A DNA stretch of 64,000 bases from a bacterium (lineage in GTDB: Bacteria > Cyanobacteriota > Sericytochromatia > S15B-MN24 > VGJW01): positions 7,392 to 71,391 of the forward strand of contig JAJXWQ010000001.1 in NCBI GenBank assembly GCA_021781555.1. The letters are read 5' to 3'. Below are positions 48,157 through 57,241 of the stretch, piece after piece. Each line of letters opens with the position of its first letter. Position 1 is the stretch's first letter. The notes beneath the pieces were generated by a model. That model searched no databases. It was not told the origin of the DNA and was given only the letters and a program-made list of their open reading frames with translations. A program made the position numbers and the translations under genes.

Positions 48157-48582
48157 TCAGTCGACGACCACGAGCCCGGCCGAGCGCGCCGAGCCCTCGA
48201 CCTGAAGCATCGCAGCCTCGAGGGTCGTGCAATTGAGATCGGGCATCTTGATCTCGGCGATCTTGCGAACCTGCGCCCGCGTGACCTGCCCGACCTTGGT
48301 CTTGTTGGGGACCCCGGAGCCCTTTTCGAGGCCGGCTTCCTTGAGCAGAAGAACGGCGGTGGGCGGGGTCTTGAGGATGAAGGTGAAGCTCCGGTCCTCG
48401 AAGACCGTGATCTCCACCGGGATGATCATGCCGGCTTTATCCGCCGTCTGGGCGTTGTAAGCCTTGCAGAACTCCATGATGTTGACGCCGTGCTGGCCCA
48501 GCGCAGGGCCGACCGGCGGCGCCGGATTGGCCTTGCCGGCAGGCAACGCCAGCTTGATTTTGGCGGTGACCTTCTTCGCCAT
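48157..48582 (-). CDS. rplK: 50S ribosomal protein L11
   Basis: 141 aa; [22 protein letters not shown] signature. Confidence 0.95.
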   Translation of the reverse strand: MAKKVTAKIKLALPAGKANPAPPVGPALGQHGVNIMEFCKAYNAQTADKAGMIIPVEITVFEDRSFTFILKTPPTAVLLLKEAGLEKGSGVPNKTKVGQVTRAQVRKIAEIKMPDLNCTTLEAAMLQVEGSARSAGLVVVD

Positions 48583-48669
48583 GATGTGCTCCTAGATAGG
48601 TTCCCCCCACAGGCGCGGGGACGGACGGCTAAAATCAGAGGAAAAAACGATCTTATCAGAAACGGCCGA

Positions 48670-49206
48670 TCAGATCTTCTGAACCTGGCCGAACTCGAGC
48701 TCGACGGGCGTCGCCCGACCGAAGATCGAGACCGAAACCTTGACCTTGCCCTTCTCGGGGTTGACCTCGACGATGTCGCCCGAGAAATCGGCGAACGGGC
48801 CGCCGATGACCTTGACGTGCTCGCCCACGTGCAGGTCGATCTGCACACGGGTCTTGGTAGCGGACCGCTTGAAGATCTTGCGGACCTCGCGGTCGGACAG
48901 CGGCGTGGGCTTGGTGGCCGAGCCGACGAAGCTCGTCACTCCGGGCGTGTTACGGATGACGTGCCACGCGTCCTCGCTCATCTCCATCTCGACCAAGACG
49001 TACCCGGGGAAGACCTTGCGCGGCTTCTCGACGCGCTTGCCCTCCTTGATCTCGACGACCGTCTCCTCTGGAACCTCGACGTGGAAGATGCGGTCGGACA
49101 TGTTCATCGACTCGACCCGGCGAAGGATATTCTCCTTGACCTTGTCCTCGTAGCCCGAGTACGTATGCACGACATACCACTTTCGTGCGCTGGTCAAAGT
49201 CTCCAT
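48670..49206 (-). CDS. nusG: transcription termination/antitermination factor NusG
   Basis: 178 aa; NGN domain ([14 protein letters not shown]) and KOW domain ([16 protein letters not shown]). Confidence 0.93.
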   Translation of the reverse strand: METLTSARKWYVVHTYSGYEDKVKENILRRVESMNMSDRIFHVEVPEETVVEIKEGKRVEKPRKVFPGYVLVEMEMSEDAWHVIRNTPGVTSFVGSATKPTPLSDREVRKIFKRSATKTRVQIDLHVGEHVKVIGGPFADFSGDIVEVNPEKGKVKVSVSIFGRATPVELEFGQVQKI

Positions 49207-49222
49207 TTGATGCTTTCCACCT

Positions 49223-49549
49223 TTACTGGCCGTAGAAAATTCGGTTGGCTATACCGGAAAAAACCCAATCGTAGCCGAGAATGACCAGGGTCATGAGCGT
49301 GCATACCGCCAGCACCACGCCGGTTTCGACGGCGATCTGCCTGCGCGTCGGCCAGCTGACCTTCCGGTACTCGGCCCGGACCTCCTGGAGGAAGGTGCCG
49401 ATACCCTTGAACCGCCCCCCCAAACGGAAGCTGACTCCCTTGAGCTGGAGAGCTTCGTTGTGTTCTTCCTCGACGGAAGCCGTAAGCGGAACGTCCGCCA
49501 CCGGCTTGGATGCCCCTTCCTGTGGGGGGGGGGAAATGCTATCAGCCAA
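49223..49549 (-). CDS. secE: preprotein translocase subunit SecE
   Basis: Conserved C-terminal region ([16 protein letters not shown]) followed by a single TM helix; position between tRNA-Trp and nusG. The N-terminal extent is uncertain. Confidence 0.8.
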   Translation of the reverse strand: MADSISPPPQEGASKPVADVPLTASVEEEHNEALQLKGVSFRLGGRFKGIGTFLQEVRAEYRKVSWPTRRQIAVETGVVLAVCTLMTLVILGYDWVFSGIANRIFYGQ

Positions 49550-49579
49550 GGGCGCTCTCGCTTATCAAAGGGGAACAGG

Positions 49580-49652
49580 CGCGGCGTGTAGGACTCGAAC
49601 CCACGACATGCGGTTTTGGAGACCGCCGTTCTACCGACTGAACTAACGCCGC
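49580..49652 (-). tRNA. tRNA-Trp (anticodon CCA)
   Basis: Cloverleaf recognisable by eye: acceptor GCGGCGT/ACGCCGC, anticodon stem-loop GCGGT-CTCCAAAA-ACCGC, T-loop GGTTCGAGTCC. The 3' CCA is not encoded. Confidence 0.85.
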
Positions 49653-49840
49653 TCGTCCAGGGCTGCCATCCAGGACCAGGCGCTCGGTTGCGGCGTGGAT
49701 GACTCCGGGAGTCGCGTACAGCAGTACACTACGCCCTTCGCCCCCTTGCGCGCCTCGCATCTAGACCTGTCTTCCAGCCTTTTCCAGAGGTCTCGATCCG
49801 CCAGTTTCCGACGTGTGCAACGTGCAGAAACGGCAGTGAA

Positions 49841-49990
49841 CTACTTGGACTCCCGATGAGGCTTGTGCGCCCGGCAGAAACGGCAGAACTTGTTCTGCTC
49901 GAGGCGATCGGGATCGTTCTTCTTGTTCTTCATGGTGACGTAGTTGCGCCGCTTGCACTCGGTGCAGGCAAGTGTGATGATGACGCGCAT
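49841..49990 (-). CDS. rpmG: 50S ribosomal protein L33
   Basis: 49 aa [49 protein letters not shown] with a zinc-ribbon CxxC…CxxC motif. It was missed by the ORF track because it lies antisense to a longer spurious ORF. Confidence 0.9.
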   Translation of the reverse strand: MRVIITLACTECKRRNYVTMKNKKNDPDRLEQNKFCRFCRAHKPHRESK

Positions 49991-50076
49991 GGCCCTTTGT
50001 GCCTCTTTAAACTAAAGGACCCGCCCCCCAGGGGAACGGGACCCACGGGATCCAAAGCTCTCGTAACAAAATTATC

Positions 50077-51006
50077 ATGCACTCGACTGCGGGTCAAACG
50101 GTCAGCATCGTCGTCACCACGTACAACCGGGCCGCCTTGCTGGCTCGCTGTCTGGACGCCCTGTGCGATCAGGAGGGCGCGCCACCGTACGAGATCCTGG
50201 TGGTGGACGACGGTTCGACGGACGAGACCGCGCAACTGGCTCGCCTCGCCGATCCTCGGGTCCGGTACCTGGCGATTGAGCATGGGGGGCGAGCCGCCGC
50301 ACGCAACGCCGGGCTGGCCGCCGCCACGGGCGAGATCCTGATCTACGTCGACAGCGACGTCTTCGTGGTCCCGGGATTCGTGGCCGCGCACGTCGCGGCG
50401 TTGCGGAGCGTGGACGGGCCGGCATTCAGCCAGGGGCTTTCGGTGGACGTCGTGGCGCCGGTATCGCCCCGCGACCCGCAGGTCCGGATCCGCGACCTCT
50501 CGCGAGCCTTCTTCGATACCAAGAACGTGGCCATCGACACCCGGCTCGTTTCGGAGGCAGGCGGGTTCTCTCCGGAGTTCACCGAATACGGCTGGGAGGA
50601 TCTCGAACTCGGCCTCCGGCTGAAGGATCGCAAGGTCCGGCGGGTGCGGGCCAGAGCAGCCGTAGGCTTCCATTACCACCCGCCTTTCGACATCGCCAGG
50701 ATGGCCCAGCACGCTCGCCTCGAAGAGGAACGCGGTCGCATGGGCGCACGGTTCTTCAAGATGCGCTCGACGTGGGAGGTGCGGCTCATGGTCGGGCTGA
50801 CGCCATTGCACCGTGCGGCCTGCTGGCTGCTGACGGCAGGTGGACGGAGAGAGGACGGCGCATGGCCATGGCTGGTCAGATTCCTGGAGAAACGCCCCGG
50901 ACTCGCCGGCGCAGTGGTTCCCGGCCTGCTCTTCCCCCGCGGCCGCAAGGCTCTTCTTGCAGAGCTGGCGACAGCTGCTCAAGAACCTCCGCGCTTCGCG
51001 CGCTAG
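50077..51006 (+). CDS. family 2 glycosyltransferase
   Basis: VSIVVTTYNRAALLARCLDAL, DDGSTDET, and YVDSDV (DxD) motifs. Confidence 0.8.
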   Translation: MHSTAGQTVSIVVTTYNRAALLARCLDALCDQEGAPPYEILVVDDGSTDETAQLARLADPRVRYLAIEHGGRAAARNAGLAAATGEILIYVDSDVFVVPGFVAAHVAALRSVDGPAFSQGLSVDVVAPVSPRDPQVRIRDLSRAFFDTKNVAIDTRLVSEAGGFSPEFTEYGWEDLELGLRLKDRKVRRVRARAAVGFHYHPPFDIARMAQHARLEEERGRMGARFFKMRSTWEVRLMVGLTPLHRAACWLLTAGGRREDGAWPWLVRFLEKRPGLAGAVVPGLLFPRGRKALLAELATAAQEPPRFAR

Positions 51007-51141
51007 CCCCGAAATCTCGAGCAAAACCGAGAAATTCGCAGCAAAACCGAGATCCGGGATTAATCCCAGCCTCCGGTCTCACGCCAGAAATTTGGCGCCA
51101 GCTCTGGGTTCTGCCGCTTGGTTAATTTTCTTGCTAAGATC

Positions 51142-51169
51142 TTGAAGATGAGCTTTGCCTCGGTATAAT
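51142..51169 (+). promoter_or_regulatory. sigma70-like promoter of speH (TTGAAG-16-TATAAT)
   Basis: Good -35/-10 pair 43 bp upstream of the ATG; strong RBS AAGGAGGTG. Confidence 0.5.
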
Positions 51170-51211
51170 CGAGATTCCTGACGGAAAATCGCCAAGAAAG
51201 GAGGTGACGTC

Positions 51212-51640
51212 ATGTTCGGTCCGCACCTGATGGTCGACGCCTATGGCTGCAAGCGGAGCAAGCTCGAGGATGTCGGCCTGGTCGCATCCATCCTCGACGA
51301 GTTTCCTTCTGCCATCGACATGACCAAGATCATGCCGCCTTACGTGTTCAGGTACTCGGGAGAGGTTCCCGAGGACTGGGGCGTGTCTGGCGTGGTCCTC
51401 ATCGCAGAGAGCCACATCAGCATCCACACCTTCCCCGAGAAGGGCTATTTCTCCCTCGACATCTTCTCTTGCCGCCAGTTCGACGTGGATTACGCCACGG
51501 ACTACCTGGTCAAGGAATTCGAAGCCACCCACTTCGAGCGGCAAGTCGTGAGTCGCGGTCGCGAGTTCCCTCGCAGCCCCGGTCGCGCCATCCGCATCGT
51601 GGGCGAGGAGCGCCAGCGCCTGGCCGTTCCCTTCGCCTGA
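51212..51640 (+). CDS. speH: S-adenosylmethionine decarboxylase proenzyme, class 1b (SpeH-type, pyruvoyl-dependent)
   Basis: 142 aa; self-cleavage/pyruvoyl signature IAESHISIHTFPE. Confidence 0.85.
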   Translation: MFGPHLMVDAYGCKRSKLEDVGLVASILDEFPSAIDMTKIMPPYVFRYSGEVPEDWGVSGVVLIAESHISIHTFPEKGYFSLDIFSCRQFDVDYATDYLVKEFEATHFERQVVSRGREFPRSPGRAIRIVGEERQRLAVPFA

Positions 51641-51654
51641 CTGGCCACGGCTTG

Positions 51655-51682
51655 AGGCCGGCGGGTTGCCGGCCTTTTTTTA
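51655..51682 (+). terminator. intrinsic terminator of speH
   Basis: GGCCGGC-GGGTTG-CCGGCC stem followed by TTTTTTT, 15 bp after the stop. Confidence 0.8.
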
Positions 51683-51690
51683 TTGGTTGC

Positions 51691-51877
51691 TGCTGCGCTG
51701 CGCAACCGGGCCGGAAAGTTGCTGGCCCTTTCTCAGCTGGAACGGGTCCCTCTGCGCGGTCGCTGCGCTGCGCAACCGGGCCGGAACGTTGCTGGCCCTT
51801 TCTCAGCTGGAACGGGTCCCTCTGCGCGGTCGCTGCGCTGCGCAACCGGGCCCCGTTTGACTCCCCGGGCCCGAGCC
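51691..51877 (-). repeat. tandem array (2.3 units of 70 bp) of the palindromic repeat element, reverse orientation
   Basis: Units begin at about 51691, 51761 and 51831, and each carries CGCTGCGCTGCGCAACCGGGCC…CTGCGCGGT. The array ends with the CCCCGTTTGACTCC arm; the units differ at one position. Confidence 0.8.
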
Positions 51878-51906
51878 TTGCTTGCCGGGAGTAACCCCAC
51901 AGCCGG

Positions 51907-52572
51907 TCAAGGCAAGCCAATGAGCTTGTGCACCTGCAAGGACAGACGCCAGCGGGGATGAGCCAGGCAGTAGGCGGTCGCAAGCTCGGTGTTGCGGAGG
52001 CGATCGGGCCCATCGAGCGGCTGGAGGAAAAAGTGCTTGAATGCCCACGGCTCGAAGTTGGCGGGCTCGGCTCCGAGCTGCGGAAAGACGAACTTGAGCT
52101 CGTCACCCTGGCGCACGATCGTCTCGGCGCCGGCCTTGGGACTGACGCACACCCAGTCGATGCCAGGCGGAACGGCGATGGACCCGTTGGTCTCGATCGC
52201 CACCTCGAAACCCCGCTCCTTGAGGGCCGCGATCAGCGGGGCATCGACCTGCAAGAGCGGCTCGCCCCCCGTGCAGACGACGAAGGGCCGGCCCGGATCC
52301 GGGCGTTCGACGCCGTTGCCGGTTCCTTCTCGTGGACCTGGCCAGGCCCTCGCCACGCGATCTGCCAGATCGGCCGCTGCGTAGTCGCCCCCACCCGCGC
52401 CGTCGCAGCCAACGAAGTCCGTGTCGCAGAAGCGACACCGGGCGCCCGCCCTATCGGCCTCTCGCCCGCTCCACAGGTTGCAGCCGGAAAATCGCACGAA
52501 CACCGCGGGACGGCCGGTATTGGCCCCCTCGCCTTGAAGCGTGTAGAAGATCTCCTTGACCGCGTATGCCAT
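51907..52572 (-). CDS. queE: 7-carboxy-7-deazaguanine synthase QueE (radical SAM)
   Basis: 221 aa; LQGEGANTGRPAVFVRFSGCNLWSG…CRFCDT cluster-binding region typical of QueE. Confidence 0.85.
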   Translation of the reverse strand: MAYAVKEIFYTLQGEGANTGRPAVFVRFSGCNLWSGREADRAGARCRFCDTDFVGCDGAGGGDYAAADLADRVARAWPGPREGTGNGVERPDPGRPFVVCTGGEPLLQVDAPLIAALKERGFEVAIETNGSIAVPPGIDWVCVSPKAGAETIVRQGDELKFVFPQLGAEPANFEPWAFKHFFLQPLDGPDRLRNTELATAYCLAHPRWRLSLQVHKLIGLP

Positions 52573-52648
52573 CAGATCCGCATGCTACGCGGCGCAGAGG
52601 TCCTGTCGCAAGCCCCGGGCGAGCGCCACGCGCGTGGCGCTGCAGGAT

Positions 52649-53905
52649 TCAGTGGATGGTGTTGATGATGCTGAAGATCGGCAGGTACATGCCGATCACG
52701 ATGGATCCGACCAGCGCACCGATGAACACCATCATCAGCGGCTCGAGGAGGCTGGTGAGGGACTTGATGGTGTTCTCGACCTCGATGTCGTAGAAGTCGG
52801 CGACCTTCTCGAGCATCGAGTCGATCGCCCCGGTCTCCTCGCCGACCGAGATCATCTGCGTGACCATCGGCGGGAAGATGTCGGCTTTCTCGAGGGGCTT
52901 GGCGATACCCTCCCCCTCGCGGACGGCCTGGCGGATGTCCTCGACGGCCCCGGAAATGACCATGTTGCCCGCCGAATCCCGCACGATCTCGAGGGCGCTG
53001 AGGAGCGGGACGCCGCTTCTAAGGAGCGTACCGAGCGTCCGGGTGAAACGCGCCACGCCGACCTTCTGCGTGACCGGACCGATGATCGGGATCTGCAGCA
53101 GGTAGCGATCGATGAAATGCCGACCTTGATCCGTGGCAGCAAAACGGTTGTACGCGAAAGCCAGGAGGGCGACGCCCGCGACGATCGCCAGGCCGATCGG
53201 CCCCTTGACCGCGTTGGACAGGTTGATGAGGAACTGGGTGTAGGCCGGGAGCTTGGCGTTCATCTGCGCGAACATCCGCGCGAAGATCGGCAGGATGAAC
53301 ACGAGCATCGCGATGAAGATGCCGATGGCCAAGGTCATGACGACGAGGGGATAGGTCATCGCGGACTTGACCTGCCCCCGAAGCTTGGCGCTGGACTCCT
53401 GGAACCCGGCGGTGCGGCTCATGACCTCGTCCAGCACGCCGCCCGCCTCGCCGGCCCGGATCATGCCGACGTAGAGGTTGTCGAAGACCTCCGGATAGCG
53501 AGACAGGCAATCCGACAGCTGGGCGCCGGCCTCGACCCGGGCCTTGATGTCCTCGATGATCTTGCAAAGCTTGGGATTGGGGGTCTGCTCGGCCAGGATG
53601 GTGAGCGCCCGGACGATCCCGACGCCGGCGTTGATCATGGTGGCAAACTGCCGGCTGAAGACGCTCAGATCCTCGAGCCTGACGCGCTGCATCATCGCCA
53701 GACGGCGCTGCAGCTCCTCGAAGAAGGGCACGTCGGATCGCGACAGGTCGGCGAAGCGGTTCTCCCGCTTGACCGTCACCGGCGTGACGACCATGTAGCC
53801 CATCTCGCGCAGGCGAACGCGCACCTCGTCCGCGCTTTCGCCTTGCATGACCTTCATGAAGGCTTCGCCGCGGTGATCGCGGACCTTGCACTGGTAGGTA
53901 GGCAC
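52649..53905 (-). CDS. pilC: type IV pilus inner-membrane platform protein PilC (GspF family)
   Basis: 418 aa; duplicated GspF domains; three TM segments. Confidence 0.88.
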   Translation of the reverse strand: MPTYQCKVRDHRGEAFMKVMQGESADEVRVRLREMGYMVVTPVTVKRENRFADLSRSDVPFFEELQRRLAMMQRVRLEDLSVFSRQFATMINAGVGIVRALTILAEQTPNPKLCKIIEDIKARVEAGAQLSDCLSRYPEVFDNLYVGMIRAGEAGGVLDEVMSRTAGFQESSAKLRGQVKSAMTYPLVVMTLAIGIFIAMLVFILPIFARMFAQMNAKLPAYTQFLINLSNAVKGPIGLAIVAGVALLAFAYNRFAATDQGRHFIDRYLLQIPIIGPVTQKVGVARFTRTLGTLLRSGVPLLSALEIVRDSAGNMVISGAVEDIRQAVREGEGIAKPLEKADIFPPMVTQMISVGEETGAIDSMLEKVADFYDIEVENTIKSLTSLLEPLMMVFIGALVGSIVIGMYLPIFSIINTIH

Positions 53906-53925
53906 CGAGCAGTTCTCCAGCTGCG

Positions 53926-55041
53926 CTAGCGGAGGGGCTGCGCCATGGATTGCGTCATCGAGGATGTGGGAGCGGCCCCGATCATGCGGATCAGGTCATC
54001 GGGTCGCGAGGTCTTGCTGATGGCATCCTCGTACGAGATCAGGCGGTTGAAGTAGAGGTCCTTGAGGGCGTTCTCCAGCGTCTGCATGCCGAACTTCTGG
54101 CCAGTCTGGATGGCGGAGTAGATCTGAGCGGTCTTGCCCTCACGGACGAGGTTCGCGACGGCCGGCGTGTTGATCATGATCTCGAGGGCCATGACGCGGC
54201 CGCGCCCCCCCTTGCCGGACTCGCCGACCTTGGGGACCAGGGTCTGGGACAAGACGGCGACCAGACCGTTGGAGATCTGCACCCGGATCTGCTGCTGCTG
54301 GTGGGGCGGGAAGACGTCCACGATGCGGTCCACGGTCTGCATGGCGGAGCTGGTGTGGAGCGTACCGAAGACCAGGTGGCCGGTCTCGGCAGCCGTCATC
54401 GCCAGGCGAATCGTCTCGAGGTCGCGCAACTCGCCGACCAGAATGACGTCGGGATCTTCGCGCAAGGCAGCCCTCAAGGCGTTATCGAAGCTCTTCGTGT
54501 CGGCTCCCAGCTCGCGCTGATTGACAAGGCTCATCTTCGGCGAGTGCAAGAACTCGATCGGATCCTCGATCGTCAGGATGTGCTCGGCGCGAGATGAGTT
54601 GATATTGTCGATCATGGCGGCGAGCGTGGTCGACTTGCCCGATCCGGTCGGACCGGTCACGAGGATCAGCCCGCGCGGCTTGTGCGTGAGTTCGCGGATG
54701 AGCGGCGGCAGGCCGAGATCCTCGAACCGTGGGATCTTGGACGTGATAGTTCTGAGCACCGCCGCATAGGCGCCCTTGCTCCGGAAGGCGTTGACACGAA
54801 ACCGCCCCAGGCCCACGACACCGTAGGAACAGTCGAGTTCCATGGTCTGCTCGAGCGTCTTGCGTTGCTCGTTGCTCAGGATCGAGAAGACCAGGCGCTG
54901 GGTATCCTCCGGGGTGAGCGGATCATAGTCCGTCCGGACGAGCTTGCCGTTGATCCGGATGATCGGGGGCACCCCACCCGAAATATGGAGGTCCGATCCG
55001 TCGCGATCGAAGACGAGCTGGAGCAGCTCTTCCATGTACAT
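53926..55041 (-). CDS. pilT: type IV pilus retraction ATPase PilT
   Basis: 371 aa; Walker A LVTGPTGSGKSTT, Asp box, Walker B ILVGELRD, His box GHLVFGTLHT. Confidence 0.92.
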   Translation of the reverse strand: MYMEELLQLVFDRDGSDLHISGGVPPIIRINGKLVRTDYDPLTPEDTQRLVFSILSNEQRKTLEQTMELDCSYGVVGLGRFRVNAFRSKGAYAAVLRTITSKIPRFEDLGLPPLIRELTHKPRGLILVTGPTGSGKSTTLAAMIDNINSSRAEHILTIEDPIEFLHSPKMSLVNQRELGADTKSFDNALRAALREDPDVILVGELRDLETIRLAMTAAETGHLVFGTLHTSSAMQTVDRIVDVFPPHQQQQIRVQISNGLVAVLSQTLVPKVGESGKGGRGRVMALEIMINTPAVANLVREGKTAQIYSAIQTGQKFGMQTLENALKDLYFNRLISYEDAISKTSRPDDLIRMIGAAPTSSMTQSMAQPLR

Positions 55042-55108
55042 CGGCTAGCGGTCTCCTCTCAGATGAGTCGGTTGGCAGGCGGAAAGTTCTGGCACGGACC
55101 GAGGCAAG

Positions 55109-57013
55109 CTATACCCCGACGAGCGTGCCGCACGACGGGCAGCTCTTCCAGCTGTCTTCGAGGCGCTTGTTGCACGTGGGGCAGAGCTTCTTGAGATCGG
55201 CCTGGCAAAAGGGGCACTTCACGAACTCGTCGCCGATCGGATTGCGGCAGGATGGACAGAGTTTCTCCTCGCCCTCGCCCGAGAACGTGACGCGAATCAC
55301 TTCTTCGAGCGAGGTGTGCCCGTCCTTGACCAGCTTGAGCGAATAGTCCTTCAAGGTGATCATCCCCGCCTGCTTGGCGGCGTAACGAATGAGGGCCGTC
55401 GAGGCGCCGCGCGCCACCAGGTCGCGCAGCTCGTCGTTCATCTTCATGATCTCGTAGACGCCCATCCGACCCGAGTACCCTTTGCTGCACTGCGGGCACC
55501 CCACTGGCTTGTAGAAGGTGGGCAAGGCATCCACCTCGTACCGGAAGCCCACGTAGTCGAGCTCGCGGACCTCGGGGGTGTATGGCGCCTTGCAGGCGGG
55601 GCACAGGCGCCGTACCAGGCGCTGTGCGACGACCCCGAGGGTTGCCGAGGATACCAAGAAGCCTTCGACCCCCATCTCGTGCAACCGCATGATGGCCCCG
55701 GGGGCGTCGTTCGTGTGCAACGAAGTGAAGACCAGGTGGCCGGTCAGGGCGGACTCGATGGCGATCTTGGCCACCTCGAGGTCCCGGGTCTCTCCGATGA
55801 GCATGATGTCGGGATCCTGGCGCAGGAAGGCCTTGAGGACCCGCGCGAAGGTATAGCCGATGTCCGGGCGGACCTGGACCTGGGTGATGCCCGGGGCGTC
55901 GTACTCGATGGGGTCCTCGGCCGTCGAGATGTTGACATCGACGGTGTTGCGCTCGTTGAGAATGGAGTAGAGCGTGGTCGTCTTGCCCGAGCCCGTCGGA
56001 CCCGTGACGAAGATGATGCCAAACGGCCGACCAGCCATCTCCCGGACCAGCTCGAGGTCCTCGGGGTACGTAAAGAGCTTGTCGAGACCGATGGTCGTGC
56101 TGGATTTATCGAGGATGCGCAGGACCACCTTCTCGCCATGCTTGCTGGGCATCGTGGAGACGCGGAAATCGACGTCCCGATTCTTGAAGCGGACGCGAAT
56201 CCGGCCGTCTTGCGGCAGGCGCTTCTCGGAGATGTCCAGGCTCGCCATGATCTTGAACCGACTGATCAGCGCCGGCAGGTACTTCTTGGGTATCAGCGAC
56301 TGGCGGTGGAGGAGCCCGTCGATGCGGTAGCGAACCTGGACCTCGTTCTCGAACGGCTCGACGTGGATGTCCGATACCTTCTTGCCGCCCAAGGCCCCGG
56401 TCAAGATGGAATTGGCGAGCTTGATGATCGGGCTCTCCTCGGCCATCTTCTCGAGATCGGTGACTTTGAGGTTCTCTTCTTTTTGCTCGACGACGTCGAG
56501 TTCGTCGTCCGCGACGATCTCTCCGAGCACGGACGTGATGTCCGGCAGCGGGCCGCCCCCGGAGTCGCCCCCTTCCTCGGCCGGCTTCATCTGATCGAGG
56601 AACCAGAAGAACTCGTCCTCGGTGATGACGACCTGCTGGACGGTAACGCCCTTGAGCATGAACCGGACGTCATCGACCGCGATGAGATTCTGGGGATCGA
56701 CCATGGCCAGAGTCAGCCGGTTGTTGTTCAGCGAAATCGGAATGATCTGGTGCTGGCGCACCAGGTTATCCGGAATGAGGCTCAAAACCTCGGGCGGCAC
56801 CTTGGTCTTGCGAAGGTTGATGTAGCGGAGGCCATATTGCAGCTCCAGGGCATCCTTGATGCTGGCCTCGGTGACGTATCCCTGCTTGATGAGGATCATC
56901 CCGAGGGATTCCTTGGATTGCTTCTGGATCTCCACCGCCTGCTTGAGCTGATCGCCCGATATCAGGTTGGCATTGAGCAGGATCTCCCCCAGCTTCATCT
57001 TGACGATGGCCAC
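55109..57013 (-). CDS. pilB: type IV pilus extension ATPase PilB (GspE family) with extra C-terminal double zinc-ribbon
   Basis: 634 aa; N-terminal GSPII_E_N domain, Walker A FVTGPTGSGKTTT, intrinsic tetracysteine (CPACK…CPQCSKGY), plus an extra C-terminal tail CPSCRNP…CPFCQ…CPTCNK…CPSCG. Confidence 0.92.
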   Translation of the reverse strand: MAIVKMKLGEILLNANLISGDQLKQAVEIQKQSKESLGMILIKQGYVTEASIKDALELQYGLRYINLRKTKVPPEVLSLIPDNLVRQHQIIPISLNNNRLTLAMVDPQNLIAVDDVRFMLKGVTVQQVVITEDEFFWFLDQMKPAEEGGDSGGGPLPDITSVLGEIVADDELDVVEQKEENLKVTDLEKMAEESPIIKLANSILTGALGGKKVSDIHVEPFENEVQVRYRIDGLLHRQSLIPKKYLPALISRFKIMASLDISEKRLPQDGRIRVRFKNRDVDFRVSTMPSKHGEKVVLRILDKSSTTIGLDKLFTYPEDLELVREMAGRPFGIIFVTGPTGSGKTTTLYSILNERNTVDVNISTAEDPIEYDAPGITQVQVRPDIGYTFARVLKAFLRQDPDIMLIGETRDLEVAKIAIESALTGHLVFTSLHTNDAPGAIMRLHEMGVEGFLVSSATLGVVAQRLVRRLCPACKAPYTPEVRELDYVGFRYEVDALPTFYKPVGCPQCSKGYSGRMGVYEIMKMNDELRDLVARGASTALIRYAAKQAGMITLKDYSLKLVKDGHTSLEEVIRVTFSGEGEEKLCPSCRNPIGDEFVKCPFCQADLKKLCPTCNKRLEDSWKSCPSCGTLVGV

Positions 57014-57241
57014 TTGAGAGTCGAGCCTCCTTATCCAGCCTGCAAAACGCGGCCCCTCTTCCGGGAGGGGAAGCCGCCATGATCCTATACCCGGCCAGGA
57101 ATGCGTTGCGCCAGGATCCCCCCGTACCTGGTATGGGCCCCGCCTGAAAGCCCTGCCCTACTGGCCGCTGGAACCAGCCCCGTTGGACTTCTCGGCCCTG
57201 GTCCTGCCGGGTAAACCCGCTCGGGTCCTCGGCCACCGCAG

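Noticed and set aside
51691-51877. Possible CRISPR array (regularly spaced repeats)
   Set aside because: The segments between repeats are themselves near-identical, and the unit is the same palindromic element found dispersed elsewhere. There are no unique spacers and no cas genes in the window.
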